Under the pieces are notes generated by a model. That model searched no databases. It saw only the letters and a program-made list of their open reading frames with translations, and had not been told where the DNA came from. From IMG/VR virus record IMGVR_UViG_3300009164_000039: a stretch of DNA of 64,000 nucleotides; one strand, written 5' to 3'. This DNA comes from a virus. This document shows positions 13,226-21,704 of this stretch, piece by piece. Position numbers and translations under genes: made by a program. Within the stretch, counting starts at the first letter, position 1. The number at the start of each line of letters is the position of its first letter.

Positions 13226-14292
13226 TCTGTTGTCTCCTCTACTGCCAATTGAGTTGTTGTGACCACATGGTGAGGATTGTCAATGAAGTCTTGCATCACT
13301 TTGTCCAAACACTCGTCATCGTTGCGTTCCCAACCCTTGCGGAACTTCTTGATCACTGTTCCATCAGCTAGTGTATATAGCAAACTATTGCCTTCCTTCT
13401 TAAGAAGATCCTTGCCCTCCAGCATGTCAGTCATGCCTGAGTATGGGCTCATACCTTGCTCATACGGAATCTTAACTTGCACTGACTCAAACGGCTTGGC
13501 ATAGCGAGTTTTCATGATTTTACATGCGGCACGAATACCATTGACTTCGCTGACTTTGTTGCCATCTTCATCTTCTTTTAGTTTTAGCTTGCGCATGGCA
13601 ACCACAATACTTGATGCATAGATAAAGCCTTGACCACCTGAGATCTTGTCATCTGGGTCAAACATGTCTTGACTTGCGTATGTGTGTGCAGTACATACCA
13701 GGCCTAGATTCAAGTTACCAAACATGTTCACACAGTTACGAACCAATGCAGCCAGTGCTTTGGGTTTACGACCCATGTCACCTTTCATGTCACCTGCTTC
13801 AAACTGGTTAACGTCTGTGGGTGTTAGCAACATACCCAATGAGTCAACCACAAACAGGACCTTGGGACGTTCTGCCTCCGGCATGGTTTTGTATTCCTTG
13901 ACAAATTCGCTAATCATCTTGGCCACATCGTCAATCATTGCCATATTGAGTTTCAACAACTTGTCTTCGCTGGTGTCTACGTCCAGTGCATGTAGCCACT
14001 TTTCGTCCAGTGCGTTTTCGCTGTCAATCAAGATAACATAAATGCCTTGTTTTTGTGCATTGGTAATCAAGTTACCCGAACAAATAAATGATTTGCCTGC
14101 GCCTGATTCGCCGGCAAACACAGTGACCTTGCCCATTGGAATGCCTTTATCAAACGCACCCGAGATAAGATAGTTTAGTGTGTAGTTGCCTGTTGAGATC
14201 CATGTGTCTGGATCGTTAAAGCCGACGCTGATACCGTCGATGCTTTTTGTAATAGATTTTCTAAATTTAGATAGGTCAAAAGGTTTTGCCAT
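13222..14292 (-). CDS. uvsX: RecA/UvsX recombinase
   Basis: Walker A GESGAGKS; IDSENALD; VVDSLG; SGGQGFIYASSIVV. Confidence 0.95.
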   Translation of the reverse strand: MAKPFDLSKFRKSITKSIDGISVGFNDPDTWISTGNYTLNYLISGAFDKGIPMGKVTVFAGESGAGKSFICSGNLITNAQKQGIYVILIDSENALDEKWLHALDVDTSEDKLLKLNMAMIDDVAKMISEFVKEYKTMPEAERPKVLFVVDSLGMLLTPTDVNQFEAGDMKGDMGRKPKALAALVRNCVNMFGNLNLGLVCTAHTYASQDMFDPDDKISGGQGFIYASSIVVAMRKLKLKEDEDGNKVSEVNGIRAACKIMKTRYAKPFESVQVKIPYEQGMSPYSGMTDMLEGKDLLKKEGNSLLYTLADGTVIKKFRKGWERNDDECLDKVMQDFIDNPHHVVTTTQLAVEETTE

Positions 14293-14337
14293 GATGTTCT
14301 CCGAGTTTGTTTATGTTAACATGTTATGTATCGCAAA

Positions 14338-15117
14338 TCAACCTTGTAGTAAAACATATGGATCATTTTCCAAATTGCGATACACCACTTGTCTTAGGTC
14401 TGCTAGTTGTTCTGTGTAGTTGGAAAAATTGCCCAGTGGAATTGCGCCAGGCAAAGGTTGAAGTTGGTTCTTGTTGCACCATTCAATATATGTTGGGGAT
14501 GGTAAGACACAATGTGGCTTGACCAACTGCATTGCAATATTGAATTGTATGTGACTGAAATTATCAATTTCACTTAGATCACCGTCATAGTGCCATGCAT
14601 CAAATGTAGTACGGCCAATGTTAGCATACTCAATCCGTAAATGACACTGATCGTAGCTGAAACACTCTGTATAGTCCAAACTGTTTATTGCCAACGGCAA
14701 AGTATTTGCCAGGTTGTCAAACTCCAGTAAACTATGATCGTAAAATTCAATTTCGTGTGTGTTACGATTGATTCTATCAAAGTCAACACCTAACTGGTTC
14801 ATTATTTGCTTTAGATTAGGATGTTGGCGACTTAATCGTTGCCAGTGACAATGTATCTGCTCCATGTAACGTTGATCTAGTATTCGATCAGCTGAAATTT
14901 CAAATGGCTCAAGGTGGAATGCAGGCAGTTTGGCATTGATTGCGTGTAGCGTGTCTAGTACTTCTTTACCAAGTTGTATTGGCATTGGGTACTGTTCGCG
15001 CACACAAAATCTATTGGCTTTTTGCTCCTGTAAGGACTCTAACCATTTGTCCGTCAGCGGATTGTGAAAAAAGCCCAGGGACAAAAAGTCCCCAGACTTT
15101 TCAAAAACCAGTTTCAT
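14338..15117 (-). CDS. Hypothetical protein (259 aa)
   Basis: Long ORF coupled to the gp32 stop; no recognised motif. Confidence 0.7.
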   Translation of the reverse strand: MKLVFEKSGDFLSLGFFHNPLTDKWLESLQEQKANRFCVREQYPMPIQLGKEVLDTLHAINAKLPAFHLEPFEISADRILDQRYMEQIHCHWQRLSRQHPNLKQIMNQLGVDFDRINRNTHEIEFYDHSLLEFDNLANTLPLAINSLDYTECFSYDQCHLRIEYANIGRTTFDAWHYDGDLSEIDNFSHIQFNIAMQLVKPHCVLPSPTYIEWCNKNQLQPLPGAIPLGNFSNYTEQLADLRQVVYRNLENDPYVLLQG

Positions 15118-16124
15118 TAGCTATTTTTTTGACGGCTACGAATCATTGCCAAGATGTCTTCAGCACGTTGGCTAGAAGGTTTGGCTTCAACTGGCGCAGT
15201 TGCGGCAGGTACTTCTGCTTCATCAACTTCAAACGGAGGAGTATCTTCGATTGGCACAGATGCAACAGGTGCTGGCTTGGCCGCTACAGGTGCAGGGCGA
15301 GCGGCTGGTTCATCACCAGTGCTACCTTCACCACCACGGAAGCCTGCCGGCTTGAAGTACTGGCTCCAACGATCTGGATCATATGCTTGACCATCTACAC
15401 TTGCTTCAAACATTTCCTTGATCACTTTCAACTCTACATCAGAGGGCTTCTTAGGCAAGAAGTCTGCAAGATTGAACAAACCAAACTGTTCAATTGCTCC
15501 TGCTTCTGCGGCTGTGAGCGCAGTTTCCTTGCGGCTCCAGCTTGAAGTGCTGTAGTCAGCGTAGCCACCTTTAGAAGTCTTCTTAACAGTAAAGTCAAGA
15601 CCGGCTGCGTAGTCAGTTGGCATATTTTCCATTTCAGGATCCATCAATGCATTCTTAACAATGTTAAAAATCTGAGGACTGATGATGAAACGACGGATTG
15701 GGTTTTCTGGTGTCTTGTCATCTGCAATTGGGTTCTCGTGTACAAAACCCTGGAACAGGTAACTTTTCTTTTTCCAGTACTTGCGACCCATTTCTTCCAG
15801 GCTCTTGTCTTTGAACCATGTGCGAACTTCTGCCAGCACAGGGCAAGCATCGCCGTACATTTCAACACAAGGTACTTGTACAATAACAGGCTTGCTGTCT
15901 GCTTGGCCTTTGATGCCAGCAAATGGCAAACGAATCATTAATCGTTCAACCCAGAAGAAAGAATTTTTGGAGTTGCCGTCTGGAAGAAAACGGACTTTTG
16001 CTGTGGTACCTTCTGCGATGTTCCAATGCGGATAAATTGCATTGTCGCCTCCGGTTTGATTGCCGCCTGTGCGGTTGTCTTGCGCTTGTAGTTTTGCGCG
16101 AATTTCTGCGAGAGATGTAGCCAT
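15117..16124 (-). CDS. gp32: Single-stranded DNA-binding protein, gp32-like
   Basis: VRFLPDGN, PCVEMYGDACPV, YWKKKSY, G.DF.VKKTSKGGYADYSTS, acidic/low-complexity C-terminus. Confidence 0.9.
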   Translation of the reverse strand: MATSLAEIRAKLQAQDNRTGGNQTGGDNAIYPHWNIAEGTTAKVRFLPDGNSKNSFFWVERLMIRLPFAGIKGQADSKPVIVQVPCVEMYGDACPVLAEVRTWFKDKSLEEMGRKYWKKKSYLFQGFVHENPIADDKTPENPIRRFIISPQIFNIVKNALMDPEMENMPTDYAAGLDFTVKKTSKGGYADYSTSSWSRKETALTAAEAGAIEQFGLFNLADFLPKKPSDVELKVIKEMFEASVDGQAYDPDRWSQYFKPAGFRGGEGSTGDEPAARPAPVAAKPAPVASVPIEDTPPFEVDEAEVPAATAPVEAKPSSQRAEDILAMIRSRQKNS

Positions 16125-16186
16125 GATAGTTTCCTTTATAAGTTAAGATGGTCTTTATGTGCCTAGATACACACTAGCACCCTGCT

Positions 16187-16216
16187 AGTATATAACAGTA
16201 GTATTTATGATGTCAA
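16187..16216 (-). promoter_or_regulatory. Promoter of gp32 (sigma70-type with embedded ATAAATA)
   Basis: TTGACA-18 bp-TATACT. Confidence 0.65.
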
Positions 16217-16217
16217 T

Positions 16218-16243
16218 AAAAAAGGCACAAATTTTGTGCCTTT
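16218..16243 (-). terminator. Intrinsic terminator
   Basis: aaaggcacaa/ttgtgccttt hairpin with T tract. Confidence 0.8.
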
Positions 16244-16262
16244 GGAGTAATGATTCGAACGC

Positions 16263-18044
16263 TTATCGTAAGCCGGCAATTCGAAGCATACGAGTGAGTT
16301 CTTCACTTTCTGCCATTGGAGGAGTGGCAGGTGGTGGCTGTGTGTCTGCAGGATTTGGTGCAGGCTCAACTGGTGCTTCTGGAGCGGCGTCAGGTGCGCT
16401 GGCAGTGTCTTCAGCACCAACCACTTTGTCATACAGTCCAGGCATTTCTTTTTTAATAAACTGTTTTACTGCTTCATTGGCATCTGTTTCTGGACCACTG
16501 ATTTCAGCCAGTTCGTGTAAGTTATCAAACAGTGTGTCATCGCCTATTAGGTCATACAATGCGTTGGTAGCATTAGTAGCGTCAACTCCAACCTTGAGTG
16601 GTTGGGCCAACAAGTCTTTCAACTGTTGTAGTTTTTCAGGTGTGTCCGGAAGTGCCCAGGTACCTTCGCTCAACATGTCAATGTCTTCAAGAGTGATTTC
16701 ATAATCCGTTTCTTCAATACGATCACGCAAGGAAGATTTCAAGTTTGCATTTTCACGAATACCACGTAGGTCACGTAGGTAAGTTGTGGCCAATTGCACT
16801 GCAAGAGCACGTTCTTCTTGCACTGCTTCAGGTTGTGTTTCGTTCAAGGAACCAAACTGTCCTGCCCAACGTTCAGCAAACTGGCGCACTTCTGGCATGT
16901 CTACTGCACGTGCGGCAATGTCTTCTAGCACACGTGTGACCAATGCTGTGTTGTCCACATAGCGTAGACTTTCCATGTACTGGTCTTGTGCATCGTTTTC
17001 TGCCATGACCAAGGCCATTTGTTTTGTGATCACATGTTTGACTGTTTCCAGTTGTAGCTGGCGGCTTTCTTGTTGACGCTTGTATGCCTTGTGTACATAG
17101 TTCAAGCTGTCCATTAGTCTGTCATCAAATACCTTGCGACTAAAACGTTCTTTGAGTGCAGTGACATCTGCATCGTCTTCTTCGTCTTCTTCATGTTGGA
17201 ATGTTTCCATGAAGCGAGAATAACCACGACGGCCTTTTAGTGCTGATAGATGTTCGTGTAGGTCGCGATATCGAGATGTTGCGGCTTCTACCATGCTACC
17301 TGTTTCAACATCTTCAAATGTTCTGTGTTTCATTGTGCGGGCAAAACGCCCTAGCTCGCCCATTTCGTTTACCACGTTGACAATGTAACTGCCAACATCA
17401 TCATACAAGTTGCCGCCTTCGCTCACGTGACGTGCCACTGCACGGGCACCACTCAGCTTGTTGACTGGCATACGGAAACGTTCGCCTTGTGCATTCTCAA
17501 CGTAGATACTTTCAATATGTCGACTGCGACTACCGCGGCGCTCAGGATCAATGCTTTCATTGTGACGCACAATTAGTCGTGCGTTGCCAACATTTTCAAA
17601 ACTAAGTCTTGGGGTACCATATAAACGGCTTTCGTTGACGTTTAGTTCGTCGGCGCTGTATGTGCTGTCAGTTTTACTCACTTGTTTGATATCCTTGATG
17701 TTTAAGTTACTGCGACTGATGTCGCGAGTATCAAATGTTAGGAGGTTACGCTTGGCAAAATAACGCAGTTCACGCAGGAATGTGTACCACTCTTGTCTTT
17801 GTTCTTGGTCCATCTCTCCGCTGATGTTTTTGCTGAAGTAGATCTTCAAACTGTTTTCATCAATCAGACTGATAGTAACGGTGCCAAAGCCATGCCCATT
17901 GGAATCCTGATAATCAAAGTTGAAAAATCTTGCTTTTTCTGGGTCAGTTGTTGCTTTGGCTGTTTCGTCGCCCAGGCTCACATCTTCAAATCTACTGCGG
18001 ATTTTTTCAAACAGTGCTTCGCCAATTTTAGTAATTTCTCTCAT
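16263..18044 (-). CDS. Hypothetical protein (593 aa), probably virion-associated
   Basis: Long ORF with TAAATA late promoter upstream; Pro/Ala-rich C-terminus. Confidence 0.75.
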   Translation of the reverse strand: MREITKIGEALFEKIRSRFEDVSLGDETAKATTDPEKARFFNFDYQDSNGHGFGTVTISLIDENSLKIYFSKNISGEMDQEQRQEWYTFLRELRYFAKRNLLTFDTRDISRSNLNIKDIKQVSKTDSTYSADELNVNESRLYGTPRLSFENVGNARLIVRHNESIDPERRGSRSRHIESIYVENAQGERFRMPVNKLSGARAVARHVSEGGNLYDDVGSYIVNVVNEMGELGRFARTMKHRTFEDVETGSMVEAATSRYRDLHEHLSALKGRRGYSRFMETFQHEEDEEDDADVTALKERFSRKVFDDRLMDSLNYVHKAYKRQQESRQLQLETVKHVITKQMALVMAENDAQDQYMESLRYVDNTALVTRVLEDIAARAVDMPEVRQFAERWAGQFGSLNETQPEAVQEERALAVQLATTYLRDLRGIRENANLKSSLRDRIEETDYEITLEDIDMLSEGTWALPDTPEKLQQLKDLLAQPLKVGVDATNATNALYDLIGDDTLFDNLHELAEISGPETDANEAVKQFIKKEMPGLYDKVVGAEDTASAPDAAPEAPVEPAPNPADTQPPPATPPMAESEELTRMLRIAGLR

Positions 18045-18060
18045 AGTAGAGTATTTAGCC

Positions 18061-19623
18061 TCATATTAGTATAAAGGGCATGGGTTCGATAAAGTCTTCC
18101 AGTGTGTCACGCAACTGTTTATCCAGATTAGCATCAAAGCCTTGTAGCAGTTGTAGCATGCGAACCACCAACATCATGCTCATAACTAGATCGTCTGTTT
18201 CACCTTGCTTGGCTGCATAACTAGTGCCATGTGCCACAAAGGTCTTGAGTTCAGAAATCAAGTTCTTGCTGGCAACAGTGAGTTTCTTGGTTTCTAGAAG
18301 TGCTTTGAATTTGGCGCACACAGCAAGTTTGGTTTTGTTTGTGGTGTTGAATCCTTTACGATAGGACCTAGCGCCACCCATGCGTTTTGGTTCGCTCAAG
18401 AAAATACCCGGAATGTTTTCTTCGCCAATTTCTGCAATGGCAACCAAGGCAGCTTCGCCCAGTGTGTTGTTCTCTACAGAATAGTACACGCTGGTGCTGT
18501 CTGTGCATTCTACTAGGTGACTGGTAATTTCTTTAAGAATAGCCACTTGTCGTTGCACAGGTGTTTTGTTGTGCTGCCACTCTGCCACTTGCATCAAGCT
18601 AGGCAGCTCAAGCACTTGCATAGCACTAGGGTCACCACCTGTGCCAAGGCTTGGATCTAGTCCCACAAGATATGTACAGCCCTTTTGTGGCTTCTTGTAC
18701 CAGCGCACTTGTCCCTGACGTTCAATTGGTTCAATGCCAGCCATCTCTATTAGGTGAATTGGATTGATCAAGGTTTCGTCAAAGATAATGAATTCGCATT
18801 CCATTTCTCGGCGGAAACGTTCTTCTCCCAGTTGAGATCGCATTTGGTCTGCCCACTTGTTATCACGGTCTGGGTGCTCTTGCCACTTGCTACGATATGC
18901 TTTGAATCCATTTGTACCAACTTCTGTTTCATTGCCAAATTCATCAACACACTTGTTGGCCTGTTTCCAAATCAGTGCAAACTGATCTTCGTCTGAATTT
19001 GGAGTACTTGTGATGATACACTTACCACCAGTGGCCAGTGTGGGTGTGATTGAAGTCCAGAAGTCTTTTGCAATGGTTGGGCGCACAAATGCGAACTCAT
19101 CGCAATACAATAATGATATACTCATACCACGACCAGTGTTTTCTGTTGTGGTTTGTGCAACAATACGGCTTCCGTTATCAAAGTCGATTGAGCCTTTGTT
19201 GTAGCTGGTGCTACCTGCTCGGATAAAGTCTGGACAATTTTCGTATGCATAGCGTATGCGTTGCATGATCTCTTGTGCGCCCAGGTACTTGTGGGCCGCA
19301 ACTAAAATTGTAGAATCTGGTATGAACATTGCGTACCATAATAAATACCCTGCGGCACTTGTGGATTTGCCCGTTTGTCTAGGCATTAAACTGATAGAAA
19401 ACCTATAATTGTGGTAGGTATCAATAAGTTTCTCTTGATATCCGTAGGGATGATACTGTATACTACCTTTGGTAGGATGCTGTATGTAAAAATAGTTGTC
19501 CATGAAATACTGTGGACCCGTGACAGGATCAGCGCAACGAGCAATTTCAATAATTTGCTGTTCTGTGAAATTTTCAACCTGGTGCGCTTTTTTTACAATT
19601 ACGCCTTCTAGACTTTTCGCCAT
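18061..19623 (-). CDS. gp17: Terminase large subunit
   Basis: PRQTGKS Walker A, LLYCDEFAF Walker B, IITSTPN, GLDPSLG nuclease motif, DDLVM. Confidence 0.96.
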   Translation of the reverse strand: MAKSLEGVIVKKAHQVENFTEQQIIEIARCADPVTGPQYFMDNYFYIQHPTKGSIQYHPYGYQEKLIDTYHNYRFSISLMPRQTGKSTSAAGYLLWYAMFIPDSTILVAAHKYLGAQEIMQRIRYAYENCPDFIRAGSTSYNKGSIDFDNGSRIVAQTTTENTGRGMSISLLYCDEFAFVRPTIAKDFWTSITPTLATGGKCIITSTPNSDEDQFALIWKQANKCVDEFGNETEVGTNGFKAYRSKWQEHPDRDNKWADQMRSQLGEERFRREMECEFIIFDETLINPIHLIEMAGIEPIERQGQVRWYKKPQKGCTYLVGLDPSLGTGGDPSAMQVLELPSLMQVAEWQHNKTPVQRQVAILKEITSHLVECTDSTSVYYSVENNTLGEAALVAIAEIGEENIPGIFLSEPKRMGGARSYRKGFNTTNKTKLAVCAKFKALLETKKLTVASKNLISELKTFVAHGTSYAAKQGETDDLVMSMMLVVRMLQLLQGFDANLDKQLRDTLEDFIEPMPFILI

Positions 19624-19642
19624 GATAAACTTTGTGTCCTTA

Positions 19643-19657
19643 TTAAATAGTATTTAA
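19643..19657. promoter_or_regulatory. Palindromic back-to-back T4-type late promoter (TTAAATA-g-TATTTAA)
   Basis: One TAAATA core faces terminase (-), the other faces the HNH gene (+). Confidence 0.6.
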
Positions 19658-19658
19658 C

Positions 19659-20192
19659 ATGAACTGCTTACTTCTTAATTCTAATTATGAACCAATTTCT
19701 ATCCTGCCATTGAGCATCATCAACTGGCAACATGCCATCAAGTTGATGTTTTTGGATAGAATACACGTGCTGGAAGAATACGAACATCTTGTGGCTCGTA
19801 GTTCCAGTCTCACGATTCATTACCCAGCAGTTGCAGTGACCAAGCACTACTTCAACAACAAAAAGGGTGTGCGCCTGAGTCGGAGCAATTTGTACCTGCG
19901 TGACTTGTACCAATGTCAATACTGTGGTGATACGTTCCCTGGCGACCAATTAACAATTGACCATATGATTCCAAAATCAGCTGGCGGTAGGGTAACTTGG
20001 GAAAATGCGGTAACTGCTTGCAAGCCATGTAATCACAAGAAAGGCACCAAGCTGTGGAAGCCCATGCGCTTGCCGTACAAGCCCGATTACTACAACTTGG
20101 TTTCTAAATGGAAGAATCGCCCTATCCATATTGAACACCCAAGTTGGATGCAGTACCTAGGCGTTGAAGACAAACGTATGGTCAACGGTTAG
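19659..20192 (+). CDS. HNH endonuclease
   Basis: LRDLYQCQYCG...LTIDHMIPKSAGG..TWEN.VTAC..CNHKKG. Confidence 0.92.
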   Translation: MNCLLLNSNYEPISILPLSIINWQHAIKLMFLDRIHVLEEYEHLVARSSSLTIHYPAVAVTKHYFNNKKGVRLSRSNLYLRDLYQCQYCGDTFPGDQLTIDHMIPKSAGGRVTWENAVTACKPCNHKKGTKLWKPMRLPYKPDYYNLVSKWKNRPIHIEHPSWMQYLGVEDKRMVNG

Positions 20193-20424
20193 ATCCACCC
20201 CATAGTGCAAACCATGCGGGTGTGCCCGGCTTGATGCCTTGTTCGCGCATCAGTCGGGCTTTGTCATTTTGTGGATTATCTTTTTGCCAAGCAGGTAGTG
20301 TCATAAAGTTTGTTCTAGGAACCACACCATTGGCTATGGAAAACACAGGATCGTGTTCATCTAGCACAGTGTCAGGTATTGCACTGTCTGAGTTGGCTGT
20401 GCTTGTGAAACGATATTGTTTCAT
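20182..20424 (-). CDS. Hypothetical protein (80 aa)
   Basis: Operon-coupled ORF ending IKPGTPAWFALW. Confidence 0.7.
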   Translation of the reverse strand: MKQYRFTSTANSDSAIPDTVLDEHDPVFSIANGVVPRTNFMTLPAWQKDNPQNDKARLMREQGIKPGTPAWFALWGGSNR

Positions 20425-20498
20425 ACTGGGCTGTAGGGATTACGAAAACGATCATGGCCGTCGTCCTCAGGATACACAGGATAATCGTTTGGGTTCAT
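20421..20498 (-). CDS. 25-aa micropeptide MNPNDYPVYPEDDGHDRFRNPYSPV
   Basis: Below the ORF-track cutoff; start overlaps the nuclease stop (TAATG) and stop overlaps the next start (ATGA). Confidence 0.65.
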   Translation of the reverse strand: MNPNDYPVYPEDDGHDRFRNPYSPV

Positions 20499-21316
20499 TA
20501 TTCGGCAGCGCCTTTGCACTTGGCACGTTTGGCATTGGTCAATGCACCGTAGTCAACTGCCCAGATTTGGCCGCCTGGAACTTCTTTGGCATTGGCAGGA
20601 AATGCAAATGCAACACCTGATGCTTTTTCAACAGCGTCCAAGCTAACACGCATCGGAACTAGATCGTTGCCTTGGCCACCTTCGTGCTTGAAAGCAAACG
20701 CCATTACTTCACCTGTTACAGTGTCTGTGACAATTTTGTAAAACATGTGCGGTACTACAACTTTGTTATCGCCAATGGTTTTGTCACCAGCGCCATATAT
20801 AGCTCCAACGTATACCACAAGAGTGTGTCCACGTTGCACTGCCCAGCCACGGGTTGCAGTTTCCAACAACTTCCAAATGCCACGATTGAAACCAGGCAGT
20901 TGTGGGTACATGTTTGTTAACAAAAAACTTTCCTTCTCCGCACGGTCATTGAAGCTCATGTCACCATTGGGTGCCACATGACCAATGTCATACCCTGACT
21001 TGGCATAGTCGCTTAACTCAGCACGTTGCCCTTTAGGAATGCTTTGGTCTGGTGCAAAACCATTTGAACGTGGTACGCAACCCAGTGCGTTCTGCGGTGT
21101 CAGTGTGTAACTGACCCATACAGGAATACGTGCAGCCGGATCATTTAATGTAACATAAGCATGGCGGCAGATTGCCATGCCGGGCTTTTTAGTTTGTGGG
21201 AAACCGTACGGTGCTTGTGCTTGACACTGTGCGGGTGGCAATGGCGCCCATTGTTCCCAGGCCTGAGCTGTGGTCGCGAATAATGTGATTGCTAAAATTG
21301 ATAATAACTTCTTCAT
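20498..21316 (-). CDS. DNA/RNA non-specific endonuclease (NucA/Serratia-type) with signal peptide
   Basis: YDIGHVAPNGD, NMYPQLPGFNRGIWKLLE, VPHMFYKIV; N-terminus MKKLLSILAITLFATTAQA. Confidence 0.9.
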   Translation of the reverse strand: MKKLLSILAITLFATTAQAWEQWAPLPPAQCQAQAPYGFPQTKKPGMAICRHAYVTLNDPAARIPVWVSYTLTPQNALGCVPRSNGFAPDQSIPKGQRAELSDYAKSGYDIGHVAPNGDMSFNDRAEKESFLLTNMYPQLPGFNRGIWKLLETATRGWAVQRGHTLVVYVGAIYGAGDKTIGDNKVVVPHMFYKIVTDTVTGEVMAFAFKHEGGQGNDLVPMRVSLDAVEKASGVAFAFPANAKEVPGGQIWAVDYGALTNAKRAKCKGAAE

Positions 21317-21334
21317 TGAAAACCTTTGTAAATA

Positions 21335-21703
21335 TTAGTCTTGCCCAACTCCAAATGCTTCGGGTGGGTTTTCGTTCAGCATGCGCTCAACTTGTTTGAC
21401 CCATCCACTGACATCACTTGACCCAATTTCTTCCACGTCACCCACATAATCAGCAACATCATCAATTGCGGCCATAACCGCTTGTGGACCATGCTTGAGC
21501 AAGTCCGGGCGCTGATTCATGATTCGACGAGTGATGGCCTGTGCAACAGGGCTGTCACCGTAGTCTTCGTCCAGGTGCTTGCTTGCTGTGTCTTTGATTG
21601 TCATGCCCTTGCTCATCTGCTGACCAATGGCAGCAAAGGATTCAGTTGGTTGTTCTGCAGACTCAATCAAGTCTGCAAACTTTCTAAAGAAACGTGGATC
21701 CAT
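21335..21703 (-). CDS. Hypothetical protein (122 aa)
   Basis: ORF in late operon; shares an acidic domain style with the 928-aa neighbour. Confidence 0.7.
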   Translation of the reverse strand: MDPRFFRKFADLIESAEQPTESFAAIGQQMSKGMTIKDTASKHLDEDYGDSPVAQAITRRIMNQRPDLLKHGPQAVMAAIDDVADYVGDVEEIGSSDVSGWVKQVERMLNENPPEAFGVGQD

Positions 21704-21704
21704 G

